Shown: in pieces, positions 20,255 through 28,175 of the stretch
Numbering within the stretch: the first letter of the stretch is position 1
Layout: each line of letters starts with the position of its first letter
From: Gemmatimonadaceae bacterium
Lineage (GTDB): Bacteria > Gemmatimonadota > Gemmatimonadetes > Gemmatimonadales > Gemmatimonadaceae
DNA: 28,175 nt
Assembly: GCA_044224875.1 (NCBI GenBank)
Contig: JBGAJQ010000065.1
Span: 1 to 28,175 of the forward strand
Direction: 5' to 3'
Notes under the pieces: model-generated
What the model was told of the DNA's origin: nothing
Databases searched by the model: none
Seen by the model: the letters and a program-made list of their open reading frames with translations, nothing else
Program-made: the position numbers and the translations under genes

Positions 20255-21985
20255 TCAGGGCCACTGAAATACGTTGGTCGGCGTCGATCGCTCGCGATTG
20301 TTGCGGAGGTCGTTTGGCTCGCGCCAGAAGGTTCGAGTGCGATCGTCGTTGCTGAAGCGCAATTCCCATCGCGCGCCGTAATCCCTGCGGAGCGGTAAGG
20401 CCAGGTCCACACGCCACAGCCTTTGTGAACGCGGCGGGACAGCTGCCAGCAAACCAAGACCCACCGACGTGAGCCACGGGGAGTCGGTTCCAAGCGGCAC
20501 GTCGCCGCTCCAGAGTCGTCCGGCGTCCACAAAGAGTGCCACACCGGCGTCCGCCGTACCTCGAAAGCTCCCGATGCGCCAACGTTCTTCCGCCTTGGCG
20601 ACGAGGCGCCGCCCGCCGCCCACGCTGGCGTGCTCGAATCCGCGCACACCGCCTCGTCGGTCGGCCGCCGACAGCTGAAACGGCGCCCGTTGACGCCACC
20701 CACTCCCCCACAGCAGCTCCGTCAACACCGTGTGGCGTGGATGCGGTCTAAGGTACCAGGCAAAGCGCCCGCCGGTCAGGAAGGAGTCCCAAAAGGCGCT
20801 GCTGTCGGCGCGTCTCCCTTCGGCGCGCCATTGGACCGCCGCAAAGGAAGTCGGCGACCCTGCCCCCGCGTACACGTCCAGCGCCGCGTACAATCGCTCC
20901 CCTGTTGGGGCCCCGTCGGGGAGGCCCGCACCTAACGTGGCGCTGACCTGCAGCCCCGTGCGCACGTCCTGACGCCCGGTGAGTGCGTCAAATCCACTGA
21001 CCTGCATGAACTGCGCGGAGCGAAAACCCAGGAGCAGGTTCACGCGTGTCGCCCGGTACCCCGGGTATCGATTGAGTAGCGCCGGCACCGAGTCCGCGCG
21101 CAGGCCGGTGTCGGTGACGAAGACTGGCACTCCGTCAGCCTCAACCTTCTCGTTCGACAGCGATGCGCCAAGCAGGCCTAGTCGCCCCGGGCGGCCCACC
21201 CGCACCACGCCGCCGATGTCCGCAAAACTCCGAGAACTCCCCAGCGACGTCTTCGCTCGATCCGGATAGCGAAACGGGATGTAGTCACGACTCGAGCCAA
21301 AGGCCACTTGCCAGGCGTATCGCTGCACGTCGGAGAAAAATGGATAGGAAAGTGACGTCTCCCACGCGTACCCGAGGTTTCGACGCTCACCACTCGCCTC
21401 GTACAGGTACGGAGCGCCGAACATCTGGTGGTTCGCGTAGTCGAACTCGTAGGTATCGCGATAGAAGTAGCCCTCCCGCCACCCGGCGACGGCGTACACA
21501 CCCTTGCCGCCAACGTTGGCGCTGCCGAGCGTCACCTTGGTCAGGACGGGCGATCGGCTCACGAGTCCCACGGACGCCACCGCGGAGGGCTCGTCGATCG
21601 TCACCACTTCGATGCGAACGCCCGACCCATCGGGGTACGCCGTCACCGATGCGTCAGCCAGGAAGGGTTGCGCGCGAAGCACGCGCTCGGTCTCGTAGCG
21701 TCGCAGCGGGTTGCACGGTTCCCCCTTCTTCAGCAGCAGGAAGTGCTCGATGACGCGCGGATCCGTCGTCACGTGCAACGCGTCGAAAAGCCGGGAGGCC
21801 ACGGGCGACCTCGCGAACCACCCGCCGAACGTCGGCGCCTGCGAACGGACAAGGATCTCCGTAATCGGCTGCCCATTGCAGCGCACTTGCGTGCGAGTGC
21901 CCCCGCCTTGTCCGCGCATCGTCCCGGGTGTAAGTGCGCCCAGGACACCGAGCACGATTCCCAGTGTCCGCGCCCGCAGGGTCAC
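20255..21985 (-). CDS. Omp85/BamA-TamA superfamily-like outer-membrane protein (one POTRA-like domain plus beta-barrel)
   Basis: N-terminal signal-like segment; POTRA-like TTDPRVIEHFLLLKKGEPCNPLRRYETERVLRAQPFLADASV; GGVRGF motif; ALFVDAGRLW...TSVGLGL...WRVDLALP typical of Omp85 barrel ends. Confidence 0.72.
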   Translation of the reverse strand: MTLRARTLGIVLGVLGALTPGTMRGQGGGTRTQVRCNGQPITEILVRSQAPTFGGWFARSPVASRLFDALHVTTDPRVIEHFLLLKKGEPCNPLRRYETERVLRAQPFLADASVTAYPDGSGVRIEVVTIDEPSAVASVGLVSRSPVLTKVTLGSANVGGKGVYAVAGWREGYFYRDTYEFDYANHQMFGAPYLYEASGERRNLGYAWETSLSYPFFSDVQRYAWQVAFGSSRDYIPFRYPDRAKTSLGSSRSFADIGGVVRVGRPGRLGLLGASLSNEKVEADGVPVFVTDTGLRADSVPALLNRYPGYRATRVNLLLGFRSAQFMQVSGFDALTGRQDVRTGLQVSATLGAGLPDGAPTGERLYAALDVYAGAGSPTSFAAVQWRAEGRRADSSAFWDSFLTGGRFAWYLRPHPRHTVLTELLWGSGWRQRAPFQLSAADRRGGVRGFEHASVGGGRRLVAKAEERWRIGSFRGTADAGVALFVDAGRLWSGDVPLGTDSPWLTSVGLGLLAAVPPRSQRLWRVDLALPLRRDYGARWELRFSNDDRTRTFWREPNDLRNNRERSTPTNVFQWP

Positions 21986-22536
21986 ATCCCCATCTTCTTC
22001 TTCAACTCGGCCAATCGCGCATCGGCATCGGCGTCCAGTGCCGCCCGGCGCTGGGCGCGCCCGACGGAGTCGAGTTCGCGCTCCAACTCGCCGGACTCGG
22101 TCTCGCCACTTTCGTGAGCGGACGCATCGCCCGCGCGCATTCCCGATCCCACGCCCGCGTTCGCCGCCTTCAGCTGCTCCGTCATCTCCTTCACCTCTGC
22201 CTCCGCGATCGCCAGCTCGGCCTCGCCTCCCTCCAGCTTCTTCTCCAGTGCGGCGATCTTGGCGACATGCTGGGCCTCAAAGCGCGCCGCAATGGTCACG
22301 GTCTCCGCGTCGTTGATGCCTTCGGCGAGCGTCTTGCGCCGCATGACGGTTTCCAGTTCGGCTCGTTCCTGTTGCAGCCGGCGGCGCGTTGACGCCACGG
22401 AGTCACGCATCTCGTCTACGGACACGCGGGCTAACGCGAGCGATTCCCGCATGGAGTGCAGAAAGGCGCGCCGGGCCTCAGGGGCCACCCGGCCGGACAG
22501 CAGGTCTCGGAACGCGTCCTTGATGTCGTCAAACAC
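21982..22536 (-). CDS. PspA/IM30-like coiled-coil protein
   Basis: Amphipathic N-terminus MFDDIKDAFRDLLSG, long coiled coil, LAEGINDAETVTIA hairpin turn, C-terminal DADARLAELKKKMG characteristic of PspA. Confidence 0.68.
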   Translation of the reverse strand: MFDDIKDAFRDLLSGRVAPEARRAFLHSMRESLALARVSVDEMRDSVASTRRRLQQERAELETVMRRKTLAEGINDAETVTIAARFEAQHVAKIAALEKKLEGGEAELAIAEAEVKEMTEQLKAANAGVGSGMRAGDASAHESGETESGELERELDSVGRAQRRAALDADADARLAELKKKMGM

Positions 22537-22777
22537 GGCACTCTCGGGGCGGCAAGGCAGTTTCCATACGTCGGGCCAAGACAGGGCGTTTCGGTCCCTC
22601 GCGACTGCAGGTAGGATACGGAGACCGACGCGTCGTGAGCAACCGCCTGAGCCAGACGGTTTCGCCGAATGGTCACGCCGAACCTATCGACGCCCCGGTT
22701 GAAGTTGTTATGGATCCCTGCGCTTTCGGTGTTCACCCTCGTTGTTCCACCCCGATTTGACTCGCTTCGCTCCCACC

Positions 22778-23518
22778 ATGCGCCCTGTTGTCGCCATCAG
22801 TGCTTCTACTCGGGTTACCGAAGGGGCCGAACGGGTCCGCCTGAACCAAGCCTACGTCGAGGCCGTTGAACGTGCCGGCTTGCTTCCTATCATCGTACCG
22901 CCCCTGAACGATCCGTCGGACGTCCACCAAATCCTGAACGCCGTGTCTGGTCTTGTCCTCAGTGGCGGGGAAGACGTGGACCCGCAGCACTACGGCGCTC
23001 ACCGGCATCCCGCCACCGGAGATCCGCACCCGGAGCGCGACGCTTGCGAGTTGGAACTGGCGCGATGGGCCCGGAACCGTTCGTTGCCCACGCTGGCCAT
23101 CTGCCGTGGGGTGCAGCTGCTCAACGTGTCGCTCGGCGGCACGCTGATCCAGGATATTCCGAGTCTCGTCTCCAATGCCGAAGCGCACGATGCCAACGCG
23201 GAACGTGCGTCCCGCACACATACGGTGCATGTGGAACCTGGCTCGCATCTGGCTGGCGCGCTCGGCGCCACCGAGCTTCGCGTCAACTCCATCCATCATC
23301 AGGCGCTCGATCGCGTCGCTCAGGGCTTGCGCGTCACCGCCACGGCAGGCGACGGCGTGATCGAAGGCGTGGAGTGGTCAGGGAGCGAGTGGTGGGCGTT
23401 AGGCGTTCAGTGGCACCCAGAAGAGTTGACCCTGACCTCCGAGTCGTGGGATCGCCACCTGTTTCTCGCCTTTGCAGCGGCTTGTGAGGCACATATCACC
23501 AGCCAGCAGCCGCGCTAG
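22778..23518 (+). CDS. Gamma-glutamyl-gamma-aminobutyrate hydrolase family / peptidase C26 (class I glutamine amidotransferase)
   Basis: GLVLSGGEDVDP, LAICRGVQLLNV (catalytic Cys), VNSIHHQA, GVQWHPE; ATG at 22778. Confidence 0.92.
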   Translation: MRPVVAISASTRVTEGAERVRLNQAYVEAVERAGLLPIIVPPLNDPSDVHQILNAVSGLVLSGGEDVDPQHYGAHRHPATGDPHPERDACELELARWARNRSLPTLAICRGVQLLNVSLGGTLIQDIPSLVSNAEAHDANAERASRTHTVHVEPGSHLAGALGATELRVNSIHHQALDRVAQGLRVTATAGDGVIEGVEWSGSEWWALGVQWHPEELTLTSESWDRHLFLAFAAACEAHITSQQPR

Positions 23519-23531
23519 GCACGCTCGTGCA

Positions 23532-24260
23532 TTACGTCGGCTGCCAGCGCGCTTCGTCCTGTACCTGGCGTATCAGACGAGTTGGTGAGTGCGCGTGTGG
23601 GAACAGGAACTGGTCGCTCACGCGATTGAGCGCAACGCGCAATCGCGGGAACCGCTCGGCCACCACGGCGAACAGTTGCTGCATTCCGTATTGCTCCGCC
23701 AGTCGGTGCTCCGCCGCCAGCTCATACCCGCGACGACCGAGGTCCTCGTAGTAGCCTAGGTCGGGACCACCACGACGCGACCGCCGCTCCTCGATGTAGT
23801 CCGGAAACAGGCCGCTGAGCCACAGCGCATAGTTCCCGAGGTGGGCACGAACCATGAACGCCCGCGTCGGGTCGCCGCACTCCGCGTCTTTCAGCAAACT
23901 GGCGAGAGAGTCGTAGATCTCATCGTCGTGTTCGCCGATACGCTCGGTTCGCTGGCGCAAGGAGAAGTGCAAGAGAATGGATGCGACATAGTCCGCCACT
24001 CCACGATCGCGTTCGCCCACGCTGCACAACGCCTGCCGGGACATGACGTACGTGACCAGTGGGAGCGACGCGTGAGATCCGTGCCGCCGCTCGATCAAGG
24101 CAGAAAGCAACCGCGGCTCGTCCAGGAGTTCATCGAGTCCGTGATCGCGAAGTGTGGACTCCGCGCGCTGCAACTCGTCGTGCGAACCTTGGGCCAACAA
24201 CTGGAGCACCAGTTGGGCGTCGTTTCTCGTCAGGCGGTGCCTCGTGTTCGCCAGGATCAT
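23532..24260 (-). CDS. Conserved hypothetical, predicted mostly helical cytoplasmic protein
   Basis: ATG 24260 preceded by GAGGTAGGT; motif-like segment HLGNYALWLSGLFPDYIEERRSRRGGPDLGYYEDLGRRGY; fills the gap between neighbours without overlap. Confidence 0.78.
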   Translation of the reverse strand: MILANTRHRLTRNDAQLVLQLLAQGSHDELQRAESTLRDHGLDELLDEPRLLSALIERRHGSHASLPLVTYVMSRQALCSVGERDRGVADYVASILLHFSLRQRTERIGEHDDEIYDSLASLLKDAECGDPTRAFMVRAHLGNYALWLSGLFPDYIEERRSRRGGPDLGYYEDLGRRGYELAAEHRLAEQYGMQQLFAVVAERFPRLRVALNRVSDQFLFPHAHSPTRLIRQVQDEARWQPT

Positions 24261-24418
24261 ACCTACCTCGCTGTCACGTACGGTCGTTGTTACACCGAGC
24301 ATTCCTCTTTGGTATCGTCGCGTTCAGCCACTTGGTTGAACCACAACTTCTTTCCTGACCGCCAAGTCCATCGGCGGGTCACTGGCCCGCGCGCCGTGTC
24401 CGGGCCATCTTCCGCCAC

Positions 24419-25495
24419 ATGACGGCCCTTCGGGTGCTTCACATAGACGCAGGCCGCGAATGGCGCGGCGGACAGCGTCAGGTGTTCCTGCTCGCCCGCC
24501 ACCAACGCGAGCATGGCAGCGAACCGCTCGTGGTCGCGCCGCCGGATTCCCCGTTGATCCAGCGCGTCCGTCTGGCCGGCCTCGCGGCGTCGGCCGTTCG
24601 CATCCGCGCGGAGTGGGACCTGGTCGCGGTGCGTCGCCTCCGCGCGCTCGTGCGAACGTGGCAACCGGACATCCTTCACGCGCATGACGCACGGGCACAC
24701 GCCATCGCCCTCGCCGCGCAGGTTGGCCGGCGTGAAACGCCGCTGATCGTCACCCGACGTGTCACCTTTGTTCCCAAGGGACGCGTGAAGTACGGACCAC
24801 GCGTCGCGCACTTCATCGCAATCTCGGGCGCCGTTCGCGACGCGCTGATTCGCGGGGATGTCTCGCCAGATCGAATCAGCGTCGTGTACTCGGGCGTTCC
24901 CACACCAACCGTCAGCGTGCGGCGAGACTGGAAAGCCGAGTGCGGATGGCCCGCCGACGCGGTGCTCTGTGGCGTGGTTGGCGCGATGACGGCCGAAAAG
25001 GGACTTGGCCTGTTGACGACCATCGCCGAACACCTAACGAGCGAGGCGCGTCGGCGTGCACGCATCGTGTTGCTCGGTGGGACGGCGGCGGGGGCCGGCG
25101 AGATCGGCGGAGTGGCCGCCTATCGCGCGGGCTTCGTGGACGCCATCCACGACGCAATGGCTGGCCTCGACATGCTGTGGCATCCATCGCGCGCCGAAGG
25201 GCTGGGCACCGCGGTCATCGACGCCATGGCGCTCGGCGTGCCCCCGATCGCCTTCGACGTCGGCGGTCTGCCAGAACTGATCGAGCCCGACGTCTCGGGC
25301 ATCCTGGTCCCCCAGGGGGATGCCAACCGCTTTGCCCTTCAAGCATCCCGACTGATTACCGAGCCAAACGTACGCTCGTCCCTGGCGGCGCATGGGCGTC
25401 AGCGAGCGGCACAGTTCTCTGTCGAGGCCATGGCTCAGGGCACCTTGATGGCATACCGCCAGGTCTTGGCCGCATCGCCTTCCACTCGAGGCTGA
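24419..25495 (+). CDS. Glycosyltransferase family 4 (GT-B)
   Basis: VLHIDAGREWRGGQRQ, PDILHAHD, PSRAEGLGTAVIDAMALGVPPIAFDVGGLPELI. Confidence 0.92.
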   Translation: MTALRVLHIDAGREWRGGQRQVFLLARHQREHGSEPLVVAPPDSPLIQRVRLAGLAASAVRIRAEWDLVAVRRLRALVRTWQPDILHAHDARAHAIALAAQVGRRETPLIVTRRVTFVPKGRVKYGPRVAHFIAISGAVRDALIRGDVSPDRISVVYSGVPTPTVSVRRDWKAECGWPADAVLCGVVGAMTAEKGLGLLTTIAEHLTSEARRRARIVLLGGTAAGAGEIGGVAAYRAGFVDAIHDAMAGLDMLWHPSRAEGLGTAVIDAMALGVPPIAFDVGGLPELIEPDVSGILVPQGDANRFALQASRLITEPNVRSSLAAHGRQRAAQFSVEAMAQGTLMAYRQVLAASPSTRG

Positions 25496-25613
25496 ACCGG
25501 GTCTCCCAACCGGCGTAACCGGCTGAAGGCTTTCGTGTAACAGGTAGACGCGCGGGAAGAACGTCGCCTACCTTTCTATGCTGCACGGTGCCACCGCCAA
25601 ATACAGGGTCCAC

Positions 25614-26372
25614 TTGTTCTACATCTGCATTCCGGCTTACAACGAAGCTCCCACGATCGGTGTCCTGCTCTGGCGCATCCGCAAGACGCTGGAGGACTTT
25701 CCGCGCGAATACGAGCTGCTCGTCTATAACGACGGCAGTACGGACGAGACCGCGGAGGTACTGGCGTCCTACGGGACGGTGTTGCCCCTGACTGTACTCG
25801 GTGGGAGTGAGCACGTCGGGTACGCAAAGGCCGTCGAGGCGCTGCTGCGGGCCGGAGCCCAGCGTACCCGCTATGCGCGCCGCGACGCGATCATCCTGCT
25901 GCAAGGGGACTTCACAGACTCGCCGGAGCACATCCCGGAACTCGTGCGGCGATTCGAGGGCGGAGCGGACATCGTCACCACGAGCCGTGCGGCAAACGGT
26001 GGAACTCCAACTCCCGAGCGGCGATTACGCCGCGTCGCCCCGTGGCTGCTGCGTCCGTTCGTAAACGTACAGGGGGTGAAGGACCCCTTCTCGGCCTATC
26101 GCCTCTACCGGGTCGCCGTCGTGCGTGACGCAATCAAGGCGGCCGGAACGCAGGCCCTGGCGACCGCCGAGCGTTGGGCCGCGAATGTGGACTTCTTGCT
26201 CACCATGCTGCCGCACGCGCGTCGCGTGGAGTCGGTGGAATTGGCGCCGCGGTATGACATTCGCCCGCGCCGTTCACGCATTCGGCCGCTCGCCGACGCG
26301 CTCGCCCTCTACAAGTTCGGACGAGGCGCGCGCGACAGACGGACGAGCATCGTGGCGGCGACCCCAGCCTGA
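25614..26372 (+). CDS. Glycosyltransferase family 2 (polyprenol-phosphate glycosyltransferase-like) with altered DxD motif
   Basis: YICIPAYNEA, YNDGSTDET, LLQGDFTDSPE; start is TTG 25614 or ATG 25578. Confidence 0.85.
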   Translation: MFYICIPAYNEAPTIGVLLWRIRKTLEDFPREYELLVYNDGSTDETAEVLASYGTVLPLTVLGGSEHVGYAKAVEALLRAGAQRTRYARRDAIILLQGDFTDSPEHIPELVRRFEGGADIVTTSRAANGGTPTPERRLRRVAPWLLRPFVNVQGVKDPFSAYRLYRVAVVRDAIKAAGTQALATAERWAANVDFLLTMLPHARRVESVELAPRYDIRPRRSRIRPLADALALYKFGRGARDRRTSIVAATPA

Positions 26373-27175
26373 TGCGCAGGCTCATTGCTGCCGGGCTCCT
26401 CGTGTGGATGCCTAACGTTGGAGAAGTGGAGGCACAGGGGAGCAAGGATCCCGTGCGTGCCGAACCGCCGGCTGGCGCGCTCCCCGTCCCCTTTCAGACA
26501 GGGGAGAAACTCGTCTACAACGTCCATTTTGGTCCGTTGAAGGTCGGCCAAGGCTCCATGGAGGTGTTGGGGATTGTGCCGCTGCGCGGCCGCGACGCCT
26601 GGCACACGCGCTTGCGCGTCAAAGGCGGTATTCCCCTGGCTCGCGTCGATGACCTGTTCGAAAGCTGGATTGACGTGAGCACGTTCTCGTCGCTGCGTTT
26701 TGTTCAGGACCTGAGCGAGGTGGGCAAGGACCGCGAGCGCCACTACGAGTTCTTTCCCGAACGACAGACCTTTACGGAAAACAACAAGCCAGAGCAGCCG
26801 GCGGCACTCAATCCGCTCGACGACGGATCGTTCCTGTACTTTGTGCGCACGGTGCCACTCGAGGTCGGGCAAACCTACGAGTACAATCGGTACTTCCGCC
26901 CTGACCGGAATCCCGTCACGCTGAAGGTCCTCCGGCGCGAAACGATCAAGGTACCAGCCGGCACGTTCAACACGCTGGTCCTGCAGCCGATCATCAAGAC
27001 ATCCAAGCTCTTTGCCGACGGCGGGCAGGCGTTGATCTGGATATCCGACGACTCGCTGCGCATGATGGTGCAGTTGAAGACGAAGCTGTCATTCGGTTCC
27101 CTCAACCTGTATCTCACATCGCTCCGCCTCACCGCCCCCAGCCAGCCGACGACGCCAGGCGACTCGACCCGTTAG
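26372..27175 (+). CDS. DUF3108-like exported beta-rich protein
   Basis: Signal-like N-terminus; GEKLVYNVHFGPLKVG, RETIKVPAGTFNT, IWISDDSLRMMVQLK..LSFGSL typical of DUF3108; TGATG overlap with GT2. Confidence 0.8.
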   Translation: MRRLIAAGLLVWMPNVGEVEAQGSKDPVRAEPPAGALPVPFQTGEKLVYNVHFGPLKVGQGSMEVLGIVPLRGRDAWHTRLRVKGGIPLARVDDLFESWIDVSTFSSLRFVQDLSEVGKDRERHYEFFPERQTFTENNKPEQPAALNPLDDGSFLYFVRTVPLEVGQTYEYNRYFRPDRNPVTLKVLRRETIKVPAGTFNTLVLQPIIKTSKLFADGGQALIWISDDSLRMMVQLKTKLSFGSLNLYLTSLRLTAPSQPTTPGDSTR

Positions 27176-27180
27176 GCAGC

Positions 27181-28134
27181 CCGGCTGAAGCCGATCTCTC
27201 CAAGGTCCGCACCGTCCCGATCGAACAGCGTCCAAACAAGGTGAGTGCGAGCGAGTTCGCGCACCCGCCCGCCGGGGACAAGTCCTTTGCCGCCTTCCTG
27301 GACGGGCTGCCGGATGTGCTGGTTGCCCGCGACTTTCGGAAGGTCGTGGCCGCGATCGTGAGGGCAAAACAGACCGGCCGAGCCGTGGTCGTCATGCTCG
27401 GCGGCCACGTTGTGAAGACGGGCCTCGCGCCGGTCTTGATCGACCTGATGGAACGCGGCGTGATCACCCACCTGGCCATGAACGGATCAGCTGCCATTCA
27501 TGACTACGAAGTCGCCCGATTCGGCGCGACCTCCGAGGACGTGGCGGCCGGGCTGCGCAACGGCACGTTTGGGATGGCCGAGGAGACGGGTCGAGGACTC
27601 AACGAAGCGTTCACAGCCGGCATGCGTTCGCAGTGGGGCATGGCTGAATCGGTTGCTCGCGCACTCATGGCCGAAGCATCGCTCACCAACGCATCCCTGT
27701 CCCTGCTGCTCGCTGCTCATCGACTTGGGGTGGGCGCCACGGTCCATGCGGCCCTTGGCGCTGAGATTATCCACCAACACCCAGCAGCCAACGGCGCGGC
27801 GATCGGCGACACGAGTCATCGGGACTTTCGTCGGCTCGCAGCCGCCCTAACCAACCTGCACGATGGCGGAGTGGTGCTCAACGTGGGGAGCGCGGTGATC
27901 ATGCCGGAGGTCTTCCTCAAGGCACTGACGATCGCGCGAAACCTGAACGAGGGTCAACCGACGAACTTCACCACGTGCGACCTCGACATGTCACGCCACT
28001 ACCGGCCGCGTGTGAATGTGGTCCAACGGCCGACTCTGGGCGGAGGCCACGGATACGAAATCACCGGCCACCACGAGATCATGGTGCCCCTTCTCGCGTG
28101 GGCCGTGGTGACACAGCTGGATGGAAGCAAGTAG
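27181..28134 (+). CDS. Deoxyhypusine-synthase-like (DHS-like NAD-binding fold) protein of unknown function; start codon unresolved
   Basis: MLGGHVVKTGLAPVLIDLMERGVITHLAMNGSAAIHDYE, NVGSAVIMPEVFLKAL, GHHEIMVPLL. First canonical start is GTG 27241, but the frame upstream reads PAEADLSKVRTVPIEQRPNK. Confidence 0.72.
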   Translation, partial: PAEADLSKVRTVPIEQRPNKVSASEFAHPPAGDKSFAAFLDGLPDVLVARDFRKVVAAIVRAKQTGRAVVVMLGGHVVKTGLAPVLIDLMERGVITHLAMNGSAAIHDYEVARFGATSEDVAAGLRNGTFGMAEETGRGLNEAFTAGMRSQWGMAESVARALMAEASLTNASLSLLLAAHRLGVGATVHAALGAEIIHQHPAANGAAIGDTSHRDFRRLAAALTNLHDGGVVLNVGSAVIMPEVFLKALTIARNLNEGQPTNFTTCDLDMSRHYRPRVNVVQRPTLGGGHGYEITGHHEIMVPLLAWAVVTQLDGSK

Positions 28135-28175
28135 GTCGCACCCACAACGCCACCTGGCGATTTCGCGTTAGGCAC

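Noticed and set aside
1..28175. Mobile element, prophage, defence island, tRNA or rRNA
   Set aside because: No integrase, transposase, reverse transcriptase, nuclease or phage-like ORF and no recognisable structural RNA; spacers are short and most genes are housekeeping or envelope related.

Overview
GC-rich bacterial chromosomal window whose gene set and style suggest a Gemmatimonadota-like organism (inference, not verified). In order: partial aspartate aminotransferase (-); a DEAD-box-like protein with a DbpA RNA-binding domain whose catalytic motifs are eroded, coupled to tdk (+); a four-gene type IV minor pilin operon (FimT/PilV/PilW/PilX-like, -) whose giant PilX-like gene appears frameshifted near its 3' end; a receiver-like/AraC regulator; folE, coaE, gcvH, gcvP and a LipM-like octanoyltransferase; a Dpp/Opp ABC transporter with no binding protein in view, plus a POT transporter carrying a perfect 36-bp tandem duplication; a PspA-like/Omp85-like gene pair; a class I glutamine amidotransferase; a conserved hypothetical gene; and a GT4-GT2-DUF3108-like-deoxyhypusine-synthase-like operon whose last gene lacks a canonical start upstream of its apparent N-terminus. 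No rRNA, tRNA, CRISPR or mobile element was recognised. All family assignments come from motif recognition by eye; no searches were run.
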